From Candidatus Micrarchaeia archaeon (GTDB lineage: Archaea; Micrarchaeota; Micrarchaeia; Anstonellales; Bilamarchaeaceae): DNA of 26,383 nt. The stretch is taken from assembly GCA_046538155.1 (NCBI GenBank), contig JBKHJL010000011.1, positions 1-26,383 on the forward strand, read 5' to 3'. Positions 16,806 through 24,797 of this stretch are shown in pieces. The notes beneath the pieces were generated by a model, which saw only the letters and a list, made by a program, of their open reading frames with translations, ran no database searches and had not been told where the DNA came from. The translations under genes were made by a program, and so were the position numbers. How positions within the stretch are numbered: the first letter of the stretch is position 1; each line of letters starts with the position of its first letter.

Positions 16806-17582
16806 ATGAGCCTGATAGGTTTTGAGCAGCCACTACTGGATTTTCTTGTAGGCATGTACTCTTATGCCGAAGCAGTTCTGGGGCCAGAGATGACTAATTT
16901 TTTCACTACTGCGATGGGGATAGCAGTATATGGGATAATACTTGGAACCTTTTACAAGAATTTCTCAAAGCAGCGGTTTTTTGTGCTTGCGCATGAAAAA
17001 GGGGAAAGCACCCTTGACAAGGTTAAGCACATAGTTGCCCTTATCCTCAAATACACGTTTGCATTTCCCCTGATTACTTTCATCTGGTTCCTTTTCCTTA
17101 CCCTCTTCCTGGTGTTCCTGAGCAACCAGGACCCCACCCAGGTTATGTACATCGCGCTTGCAGTGGTGGCAGCTACAAGGATAGCTGCATACTGGGACGA
17201 GGGAATAGCTGAGGACATAGGAAAAACCCTGCCCATTGCCCTCCTGGGTTATTTCCTTGGGGATCCTTCTTTCCTCAATCCGGAGATGATTGAGCAGAAG
17301 TTTTTCCAGGTTACGACTCTGCTTCCATTGAGCCTTCCCCTTTTCATATATATTATATCCCTGGAGTGGGGCTTAAGGGTGCTCCTGGCAGTATATGAGG
17401 TGTTTTATCCTTACAGGCACTACATACCCGAGCCGATAAGGGACAAGGTTTCCATGGAAAACATCCGGGACAAGTGGAGCAGGGCACAGGAAAAGAAGTC
17501 CCGCCCGGAACAGAAACAGAAGAAAAATAAGAGAAGTGGGAAGAAGCAGAAGGATATTGAGGAGATGGGCCTGGAGGAGTAG
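16806..17582 (+). CDS. Hypothetical multi-pass membrane protein
   Basis: About 5 TM segments, an ATRIAAYWDEGIAEDIGKTLP motif and a Lys-rich tail. Confidence 0.75.
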   Translation: MSLIGFEQPLLDFLVGMYSYAEAVLGPEMTNFFTTAMGIAVYGIILGTFYKNFSKQRFFVLAHEKGESTLDKVKHIVALILKYTFAFPLITFIWFLFLTLFLVFLSNQDPTQVMYIALAVVAATRIAAYWDEGIAEDIGKTLPIALLGYFLGDPSFLNPEMIEQKFFQVTTLLPLSLPLFIYIISLEWGLRVLLAVYEVFYPYRHYIPEPIRDKVSMENIRDKWSRAQEKKSRPEQKQKKNKRSGKKQKDIEEMGLEE

Positions 17583-17583
17583 C

Positions 17584-18456
17584 ATGCTTCGCAGGCTTCC
17601 ATTTCTGTTCCTATTTCTTTTCTTTCTTTCAGGATGCACTTCTGAAGATATGGAAAATGGCCCTTCAATTATCCCTTATTTTGAAGATGAGCAGTTTTCT
17701 TCGTTCACCGGTGAGGTGGAGAGGTATGTTGCGCCCCAGCCGGACAACAATGGATTCGCCAGCCAGCATTATGCGGTGAGCGGCCTTTCCTGCCCGGGCG
17801 GAAAGACGCCGCGCATCGTTACCTTCACCTGGAACAATCCCGCAAGCAATGATGTTTATCTTGCTGGCTCGCCTTCCGGGCCGGTGGCACACTACCGCAC
17901 CCGGAATGCAGCGATTTTCAATATTTCTGCGCGCGTAGAATATGTTTGCGAGGGAAGGACTGAGATAGCGGAGGTAGAGGCCGTACGCAAGAAGCTAATG
18001 CTTTATTATGCGGAGGATGGAATACTGTACTCCCAGGAGGCGCGCGCAACCTGCCCCGGAGGGTATTTCCTTTCTGCATTCCCTGAAAGGGATTCAATAG
18101 AAAAAGCAGTTCCTGTTGGGGTTGATTCTGGCGAAGGGTGGGTGGTTTCTGCCTATCACCTGGAGGTGGCGGAGCCATACGATTACCCGCTCCACGGATG
18201 CGGAAAGTATTCCGAACACTGGACGCACACATACCTGAGGGAAACACTAAACGGGAGTTCCTGCTCAATAGGGGAGTGCAGGGGAACATGGTATACATTC
18301 CGCTGCCCTGAAGAGGAGGGGGAGCCGCGCATTGAGGTGTATGCAGGAAAGAACTGCGAGTCCGTTTCCCAGATTAAGGATTTCCGCACAGCTTTTGAAT
18401 GGTACGACCTTATGGACAACCCTGAATTCCCTTCCCCCGGAGAGGAGTTCAGATGA
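17584..18456 (+). CDS. Hypothetical Cys-rich lipoprotein-like protein
   Basis: MLRRLPFLFLFLFFLSGC lipobox, several Cys, and an ATGA overlap with pcm. Confidence 0.7.
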   Translation: MLRRLPFLFLFLFFLSGCTSEDMENGPSIIPYFEDEQFSSFTGEVERYVAPQPDNNGFASQHYAVSGLSCPGGKTPRIVTFTWNNPASNDVYLAGSPSGPVAHYRTRNAAIFNISARVEYVCEGRTEIAEVEAVRKKLMLYYAEDGILYSQEARATCPGGYFLSAFPERDSIEKAVPVGVDSGEGWVVSAYHLEVAEPYDYPLHGCGKYSEHWTHTYLRETLNGSSCSIGECRGTWYTFRCPEEEGEPRIEVYAGKNCESVSQIKDFRTAFEWYDLMDNPEFPSPGEEFR

Positions 18457-19088
18457 GCACCAATGAGGAGATGGTGGAGAGGCTCCTGAGCAATGATGTG
18501 ATTGGCAGGAGGATAGCGGAATGCATGCTAAGGTTTCCCAGAAAGGAGTTTCTTCCTCCCTCACTGGAGAGGGAGGCCTGTGTTGACACCCCACTTCCTA
18601 TTTCAAACAACCAGACCACTTCTGCACCCAGCATGATAGGAATTATGCTCAGGGAGGCGGAGATAAAGGAGGAGATGAATGTGTTGGAAGTGGGAACAGG
18701 CTCCGGCTGGCAGACTGCCCTGCTTTCCTGCCTGGTCGGGGAAAAGGGCAAAGTATACACCCTGGAGGTTTTCAGGGACATTCATGAATCTGCAAAATCA
18801 TCACTCTCGCGTCTCCCCAATGTTGAGCCCATATTCGGGAATGGAGTTGCCGGGCATCCTTCTTCAGCCCCTTATGACAGGATAATAGTGAGCGCGGCTG
18901 CTTCAGAGCCGTATTCCGGTCTGCTTTCCCAGCTAAGGGAAGGGGGAATAATGATAATCCCCCTGCGCGGTCCATATTTTCAGCACCTATACAAAATCAC
19001 AAAGACAAAGGAAGGGATAAAGAAAGAGGGAATCTGTCCGGTTATTTTTGTCCCAATGTATGAAGGCAGGAGCTTTCCGCCCCAATAG
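18453..19088 (+). CDS. pcm: Protein-L-isoaspartate O-methyltransferase
   Basis: PRKEF, QTTSAPSM, VLEVGTGSGW, APYDRIIVSAA and FVPM motifs. Confidence 0.95.
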   Translation: MSTNEEMVERLLSNDVIGRRIAECMLRFPRKEFLPPSLEREACVDTPLPISNNQTTSAPSMIGIMLREAEIKEEMNVLEVGTGSGWQTALLSCLVGEKGKVYTLEVFRDIHESAKSSLSRLPNVEPIFGNGVAGHPSSAPYDRIIVSAAASEPYSGLLSQLREGGIMIIPLRGPYFQHLYKITKTKEGIKKEGICPVIFVPMYEGRSFPPQ

Positions 19089-19146
19089 CCCCGGTTTTAC
19101 ATATCTTTTTATATTTTGCAGTTTTCACTATAAGCGGGTATTGGAA

Positions 19147-19614
19147 ATGAGGGCGGCCATTTTAATTGCAATGCTGTTTTTGTGCATCCCGGTTTTTGCA
19201 TCCGGCCTGGAGAACACTTATTATGAAAAACTGTACCTTTACAGCAACTGCACTGCCCAGTTTGCGGGCACAGGGTTTTCGTCCACAGGAACCGAATCTG
19301 TGCTGCAGCAGGCAGACCGATATGCTGTAAAACTAGGTTATTCTGCTGCAGAAAGGAAAACAATATCCAATATGTTTTCTGATGTTTCTTCCCATCAGGC
19401 TGCCCTGGAAACCACATACAATGCCGGAAACCGCACGGCACTGCAGGCTGAATCCGAGGCAATATATTCCATATTTTCAGAAGCCTTTAAAGTATATTAT
19501 CCAATACGCAACGAATACCTGCGCGGCGGAATAAGCAGGGTGCCTGAAATCGCGTCGGATTTTTCAGCAGCAGATGCTGCCTACGGGGCATGCCTTTCCA
19601 GATGGGGGCAGTAA
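19147..19614 (+). CDS. Hypothetical secreted protein
   Basis: Signal peptide MRAAILIAMLFLCIPVFA and a helical mature part with two Cys. Confidence 0.7.
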   Translation: MRAAILIAMLFLCIPVFASGLENTYYEKLYLYSNCTAQFAGTGFSSTGTESVLQQADRYAVKLGYSAAERKTISNMFSDVSSHQAALETTYNAGNRTALQAESEAIYSIFSEAFKVYYPIRNEYLRGGISRVPEIASDFSAADAAYGACLSRWGQ

Positions 19615-19671
19615 AGGACCCTTAGATATATTTTTATTTTTTGCCCTCTTTTTTAGCCTGGGAGGAGCAGA

Positions 19672-20286
19672 ATGCTGAAAGGAGGGAAATCCCCAAAAGT
19701 AATCCAGGAAAGAGCAGGTGAATTATTTGCATTCATCCCTCTAAGGCCCAACCACTGGACAGTTCTTGCCCTTTTTCTTGGATTGATGGGCGCCCTTGCA
19801 ATCACATTAATGCAGAATCTTTATCTCGGGCTGCTGCTTTTTGTAGCTGGGGGGGCGATAGACATGGTGGATGGCGCAGTAGCACGCGCAAGAAAAGAGG
19901 CAACGAGGTTTGGTGGATTTCTGGACGGGGTTTCCGACCGGTTTATGGAAGCGGTTTTTCTTTTTGCATTCATGTTCTATCCTCTTCCGGAAATCCTGAT
20001 TGATTCAAACATCTGGCTTGCGGGGCTTGTTTTCACGGGAACCTGCATGCCTTCGTTTATCAGGGCATACGCTGAGCACAACAAGGTAATTTCACACGTA
20101 ACCGCAAAAGAGATGGGCGGGCTTTTTGAGCGTTCCGAACGCCTTATGCTCCTTGCCGCAGGGCTTTTTGCCGGAATAGCCCTGTCCATGGATTATTTTG
20201 TCGGGGCGGTAATCCTTTCGGTGGTCCTGTCCTCCATAACTGTGCTTCAGAGGATGGTGTATGTGCTGCATCATCAGGAAAAGTAA
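19672..20286 (+). CDS. CDP-alcohol phosphatidyltransferase (archaetidylinositol phosphate synthase-like)
   Basis: PNHWT, DMVDGAVAR..T.FGGFLDGVSDR, SFIRAYAE and GLFERSERL motifs, with a GGAGG RBS. Confidence 0.93.
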   Translation: MLKGGKSPKVIQERAGELFAFIPLRPNHWTVLALFLGLMGALAITLMQNLYLGLLLFVAGGAIDMVDGAVARARKEATRFGGFLDGVSDRFMEAVFLFAFMFYPLPEILIDSNIWLAGLVFTGTCMPSFIRAYAEHNKVISHVTAKEMGGLFERSERLMLLAAGLFAGIALSMDYFVGAVILSVVLSSITVLQRMVYVLHHQEK

Positions 20287-20381
20287 GTGGCAGTTTATAT
20301 GGATATGTGCAATATACTTTCCAAAAATCCAATTTTTTGCCCTAATTTCCACGTCAGCAACAAAAATATTTGTAGTAATGC

Positions 20382-20389
20382 TTAAATTA
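20382..20389 (+). promoter_or_regulatory. TATA box for the candidate ncRNA
   Basis: TTAAATTA lies about 22-29 nt upstream of G20411, the canonical archaeal spacing, and is preceded by purine-rich AGTAATG. Confidence 0.55.
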
Positions 20390-20407
20390 TTATACTTTTA
20401 CTAATTA

Positions 20408-20623
20408 TTTGCACACGGACAATTCGGGTGCCCCTGAAACGGGTGTATGGCTGATGCCACTATCTGGTTTCGGACTCTAGTATGGTGACTGGACCTGCGA
20501 CTCACCATATGAAACTCAAACCAGATATGCAGATCGGTTGTGCGGTTATGCGAGAAGCCGGTTGCAGAGTTTGTCCGTAAGAATTGGCTTTTAGCATTTC
20601 CAACCGAGTCCAGAGTGTGCGAA
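20408..20623 (+). ncRNA. Candidate structured, multi-pseudoknotted non-coding RNA (family not recognised)
   Basis: GC-richer island in an AT-rich intergenic region with end-to-end pairing, at least seven 6-10-bp helices, G.U pairs valid only on +, a promoter and a T6 terminator. Confidence 0.75.
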
Positions 20624-20624
20624 C

Positions 20625-20630
20625 TTTTTT
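20625..20630 (+). terminator. Oligo-T terminator
   Basis: TTTTTT right after the closing stem of the candidate RNA. Confidence 0.55.
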
Positions 20631-20710
20631 GCTTCTGTTTTAATTTGTAACCTTTTAATTAGGCTTAAAAATCCTTTTTACCTTCATCTTATCCTTATGT
20701 GCTATTGTCT

Positions 20711-20784
20711 GCCCTTATAGTCTAGTCTGGACAGGACACAGGCTTCCGGAGCCTGGAACCTGGGTTCGAATCCCAGTAAGGGCA
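20711..20784 (+). tRNA. tRNA-Arg(CCG)
   Basis: GCCCTTA/TAAGGGC acceptor stem, CAGGC-TT CCG GA-GCCTG anticodon arm, CTGGG-TTCGAAT-CCCAG T-arm. Confidence 0.97.
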
Positions 20785-20874
20785 ACTCAACATTCTCTGC
20801 AGGTTTACACCGGAAACCCACCCTGCATCCAAATGCCCTAATTAGTTAACTAGTTTTTTATTCCGGTGAAAAAA

Positions 20875-20985
20875 ATGGATGATGCATATGAAGAATATGT
20901 GGTGGAATGTTTTGAAAAAGAGGCAGAAAAAATAATGGAAAAATGGGAGAGGGAGAAGTTCTTCAGAGCCTTTTTATCTTCATAA
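20875..20985 (+). CDS. Putative 36-aa acidic microprotein (MDDAYEEYVVECFEKEAEKIMEKWEREKFFRAFLSS)
   Basis: GGTGA RBS at 20865-20869 and purine-rich codon usage like the host genes. Confidence 0.5.
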   Translation: MDDAYEEYVVECFEKEAEKIMEKWEREKFFRAFLSS

Positions 20986-21301
20986 CTGCCTTGTCCATCT
21001 CCATTTTATAGTATCCCCCTATCAGGATGAGCACAAGGCCGCCGAGCACATATCCGGCACCCTCTACCATAAGGAGGGAATCTACGTATGCGCTCGCACC
21101 TATTATCAGTATGAGCATACCTGCCCCAAAGAAGAGGGTGCTATAAAGGATTGGGGGGATGAGTTCCTTAACCATGTATGTGCTCCTCATGGTGATTTCA
21201 TCCACCTTTGTTTCAACTCTTTCGGTGACTTCCTCAACCATTACTTCTACATACTTCTTGGATACGGGAAGGATTACTCCCTTGAGTATCTCCTGAATCA
21301 T
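20963..21301 (-). CDS. YqjE/phage-holin-family-like two-TM membrane protein
   Basis: Amphipathic N-terminus then two TM helices, a GGAGG RBS, and a position directly after a DUF883-like gene. Confidence 0.6.
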   Translation of the reverse strand: MIQEILKGVILPVSKKYVEVMVEEVTERVETKVDEITMRSTYMVKELIPPILYSTLFFGAGMLILIIGASAYVDSLLMVEGAGYVLGGLVLILIGGYYKMEMDKAVMKIKRL

Positions 21302-21302
21302 C

Positions 21303-21587
21303 TTAATCTTTCCTCCTGCACATTCCGCCAATCGCCATACCCAATGCAAATGCAAGGGCAGCGTATATAAGCGGTTTTTCCTTTATCTGCTTCCTCAGCT
21401 TCTGGACTTCCCGGTTGCTTTCCAGCACCTCGTCCACATCTCTGGTAACCTTGTTGAGTTTTTTGGAGAATTCCTGCTTCCGTTTCTGGAGTTTGCGCCC
21501 AACTTCTCTTTCACCCACTTCAATGTCACTTTCAATTGCCCCAACATCACTTTTTTTCCTCCCCTTATTTGTTTTTTTTCGTTTCAT
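21303..21587 (-). CDS. DUF883 (ElaB/YqjD)-like tail-anchored protein
   Basis: Charged coiled region and C-terminus IKEKPLIYAALAFALGMAIGGMCRR. Confidence 0.7.
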   Translation of the reverse strand: MKRKKTNKGRKKSDVGAIESDIEVGEREVGRKLQKRKQEFSKKLNKVTRDVDEVLESNREVQKLRKQIKEKPLIYAALAFALGMAIGGMCRRKD

Positions 21588-21685
21588 CACGACACCGAAA
21601 ATATATTACACTCAGATTTATAAAACCTTCTTACATCCCAGAGAAAACCCAGACTCTTTTTAAATTTTCCCAAAGTAGCCCATCT

Positions 21686-22690
21686 GTGTCCGGAAAACAA
21701 ACCAAAGAAAGGAGGTATTTTGCCCTGTTCATACTGGCAATCTTCGCCCTGTTCTTTTTCTATGCATCATTTCCTCTGCTTTTGGGCATTTCCGGCGCGG
21801 CAATCCTTTATGTTCTCCTAAAGCCAATATACCTAACGCTGGAGAAGAACCTGGGGAACAAGTGTTTTTCCGCAGTCCTCGCCCTTCTGCTTTCCCTGCT
21901 CCTCATAATTCTCCCAATTTTTGGAATTGCCTATCTTGCATTCATAGATATAAGCGACTTCCTGGCGAACCCCGAACATATAGCCCAATTTGCCTCGGTT
22001 TTCCCTGATGAATCCCTGCTTGATGCAGAGAAGTTTGTAAAAGCCCACGTAATGGAGATATCCAATTTTGCAACTGGGCTATCCCTCACTGCACTGGATA
22101 CAACTGTTTCCATCCTGGTAAACCTCACGGTCATGTACATCATTCTCTATTACCTCCTGACAGAGAACAAAAAAGCTTCAAGGGCAATTAAAAACATCAT
22201 TCCATTCAGCAAAGAGAACACGGAGAAGCTTGCAGCCGAGTTTTCCAATGTAATAAATGCAACCTTTCTTGGAAACGGCATCGTCGCAATAATGATGGGT
22301 GTACTGTTCGGGGCAGGGATTTACCTGCTGGGCGCGAGCAACGTGTTTTTCTGGACAGTTGCAGGCACAATATCCGCGATAATCCCCCTGATAGGGATGC
22401 AGATAGTCTGGATACCCATGGTCATTTATTACATATTTGAGGGAAGTTATTTTTCTGCCGGGGCACTCGCTCTGTGGGGGGCGTTCCTCAGCTATATTTT
22501 TGATGGATATGCACGCCAGTTCGTGCAAAAGAAAATTGCGGAAATACATCCGTTTGTTTCAATAATCGGCCTGATAATCGGAGTGACATATTTTGGGGTA
22601 ACCGGAATAATAATCGGGCCCCTGCTCATTGCGATGTTTGTGCTGGTTGCCAAGATATTCCGGGAAGAGTATCTGCCGGCATGGAGCTAG
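21686..22690 (+). CDS. AI-2E (PerM/UPF0118) family transporter
   Basis: Multi-TM protein with LKPIY, IIPLIG..IVWIP and IHPFVSIIGLIIG..FGVTGIIIGPL. GTG start at 21686 inferred. Confidence 0.92.
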   Translation: MSGKQTKERRYFALFILAIFALFFFYASFPLLLGISGAAILYVLLKPIYLTLEKNLGNKCFSAVLALLLSLLLIILPIFGIAYLAFIDISDFLANPEHIAQFASVFPDESLLDAEKFVKAHVMEISNFATGLSLTALDTTVSILVNLTVMYIILYYLLTENKKASRAIKNIIPFSKENTEKLAAEFSNVINATFLGNGIVAIMMGVLFGAGIYLLGASNVFFWTVAGTISAIIPLIGMQIVWIPMVIYYIFEGSYFSAGALALWGAFLSYIFDGYARQFVQKKIAEIHPFVSIIGLIIGVTYFGVTGIIIGPLLIAMFVLVAKIFREEYLPAWS

Positions 22691-23844
22691 CGCTTCTTTT
22701 TCCTGCGGCCTTCTCGCCTGGGCCTTCCTCTGCCCCCCTCTCTTTTTGAAGGAGCTTTCCGCTCCCCGCCTTTCATCCAGGCAAAATCAGGATGGTCCAT
22801 GCGGTTCCTATCTTTTTCGGTTTCCACGGCCTCAATAAATGTAATTGCCCTGCCCATTTTTCCCATGCGTCCCGTACGGCCTATGCGGTGCAGGTGCGTA
22901 TCTGCATCCTGAGCTTCATCATAGTTCACAATAAGCTCAACGTCCTCTACGTGTATCCCTCTGGCTGCAACATCAGATGCCACGAGCACCCTCACCTTCC
23001 CCTCTTTGAACTTGCCCATCACCCTTTCCCTCCTTGCCTGGCTCATATCTCCATGTATTCCTTCTGCATGGAAACCATCTTCCTTCAGCCTTTCGTAAAG
23101 GTAATCCACCCCCCTTTTTGTGGACATGAATATGAGCACTTTTCTGTAGTTCCCCTGGCGCAGAATCTTCCTCAGTTCTGCGTATTTTTTCCTCCTGGGT
23201 ATCTGCACAAAAGCCTCCTTTATTTTTTCTGCCCTCTTTTTTTCCCCTATTTCCACGAGTTCTGCTGTTCCCTTTATGTAATTGTCCGCAAGCTCCTTTA
23301 TCAGCTCATCAACGGTTGCGGAAAAAAGAAGCACTTCGCGTTTTTCAGGAACCTGGACCATTATTCTGTCCATCTCGTCCTTAAAGCCCATGTCCAGCAT
23401 CCGGTCTGCTTCATCCAGCACAATTATGCTGAATTCGGAAAGCGAGATATTGGCCCTTTCTGCATGGTCCAGCAGCCTTCCCGGGGTTGCAATGAGTATG
23501 TCCACACCCCTCCTCAGCGCCCGTTCCTGCGGCTCTATTTTCTGCCCTCCATACACAACAACTATCCTGTGCCTGTGCTCCTGGGCAATTCCCTTTAGCT
23601 CTTCCCCAATCTGGACAGCAAGCTCCCGGGTTGGTGCAAGCACCAGGGCCTTTTTTCCCGGTTCCGCATCCATGCGCTCAATCAGCCCGATTCCAAACGC
23701 GGCGGTTTTCCCTGTTCCAGTCTGGCTCCTCACTATGAGATTTTCCCCCATAAGTATCAGGGGAATTGTTTTTTCCTGCACCTCTGTTGGCTTTTTATAT
23801 TCAAGTTTTTCCAGCGCCTTCAGTGTCTTTTCATCAAGCGCCAT
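22687..23844 (-). CDS. DEAD-box RNA helicase
   Basis: Q motif PTEVQ, plus QTGTGKT, PTRELA, TPGRL, DEAD, SAT, ARGIH and HRIGRTGR. Confidence 0.97.
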   Translation of the reverse strand: MALDEKTLKALEKLEYKKPTEVQEKTIPLILMGENLIVRSQTGTGKTAAFGIGLIERMDAEPGKKALVLAPTRELAVQIGEELKGIAQEHRHRIVVVYGGQKIEPQERALRRGVDILIATPGRLLDHAERANISLSEFSIIVLDEADRMLDMGFKDEMDRIMVQVPEKREVLLFSATVDELIKELADNYIKGTAELVEIGEKKRAEKIKEAFVQIPRRKKYAELRKILRQGNYRKVLIFMSTKRGVDYLYERLKEDGFHAEGIHGDMSQARRERVMGKFKEGKVRVLVASDVAARGIHVEDVELIVNYDEAQDADTHLHRIGRTGRMGKMGRAITFIEAVETEKDRNRMDHPDFAWMKGGERKAPSKREGGRGRPRREGRRKKKR

Positions 23845-23924
23845 TTTTCTGAATCCCATTAACATCACTTAAAATTAAAATTATGGATACTATTCAGCTG
23901 CGTATATTTAAAACCTTTTTGAGT

Positions 23925-24797
23925 TCACAGCACCCCTGTCCTTTCCAGAATCTTCTCAAATTCCTTCCTGTATTCCGGAGCGATTTCCACAACCGGCTTC
24001 ATCCCAACTGCAGCATCAAGGAATTTTTTATCATAAGGGAATTCCCCTATCACTTCCGCCCCCCGTTCCTCTGCCTTCTCCTTCATTTTCCCGGAGAATT
24101 CGCTGTCAAGGGTTGATTTGTTTATTACAATCCCAAATGGGATTTTGAAATGCTCCACAACATCCAGTGCCCTTTCAAGGTCTGAGAATGCAGAGGGAGT
24201 CGGTTCGGTTACTGCAACTGCATAATCTATTCCTGCAACAGATGCAATCACCGGGCACCCTATACCTGCAGCTGAATCAATTATCGTGTGCTCTGCCCCC
24301 ATCTTTAAGCGGATTTTTTCTGCCCTTTTTTTCACCAGGTCCACGATGTCCCCTGAGCCGGCCTCCCCCATTTTCAGCTGCCCGGTTGCTATCCCAATTC
24401 TCCCTTTTTCCGCATCACCTATCCATCCGTTTTCAACCTGCTCAAGCCTTATTGCCCCAACCGGGCAGGCAAGCGAGCAGGCGCCACAACCCTCGCATGC
24501 AAGCCTGTCAAACTCAGGCTTCCCGTCTCCCCAGTTTATCGCTGAGAAAACACAGATTCCCATGCATTTCTTGCACCCTATGCATTTTTCCTCATCAAGA
24601 ACGGCCTTTTCCCCGGTGGATACCCACTCCTTTTCAAAGTTCCTTTTATCCATTCCAAACAATATCCCCAGATTTGGGGTATCAACATCACAGTCTGCAG
24701 CAACTACAGGCCCCCTTTCCGAAAGAACCTTTGCAAGGGATGCAGAAACTGTGCTTTTTCCCACTCCCCCCTTCCCAGAGAGTACGGCTATTTTCAT
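23925..24797 (-). CDS. MinD-superfamily P-loop ATPase with inserted 4Fe-4S ferredoxin domains (COG1149-type)
   Basis: SGKGGVGKST, DCDVD, two CxxCxxCxxxC motifs, DSAAGIGC and VTEPT. Confidence 0.93.
   Translation of the reverse strand: MKIAVLSGKGGVGKSTVSASLAKVLSERGPVVAADCDVDTPNLGILFGMDKRNFEKEWVSTGEKAVLDEEKCIGCKKCMGICVFSAINWGDGKPEFDRLACEGCGACSLACPVGAIRLEQVENGWIGDAEKGRIGIATGQLKMGEAGSGDIVDLVKKRAEKIRLKMGAEHTIIDSAAGIGCPVIASVAGIDYAVAVTEPTPSAFSDLERALDVVEHFKIPFGIVINKSTLDSEFSGKMKEKAEERGAEVIGEFPYDKKFLDAAVGMKPVVEIAPEYRKEFEKILERTGVL

Noticed and set aside
20447..20580. Short ORFs MADATIWFRTLVW (20447-20488) and MKLKPDMQIGCAVMREAGCRVCP (20509-20580)
   Set aside because: No well-spaced RBS, and the sequence is better explained by extensive base pairing.
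20408..20623. Canonical RNase P, SRP RNA, TPP/cobalamin/fluoride riboswitch, hammerhead or group I intron
   Set aside because: Required signatures were not found by eye (GAGGAAAGUCC, CAGG..GNRA..AGCA, CUGAGA, CUGANGA, P7 consensus). An Rfam search is still needed to exclude divergent members.
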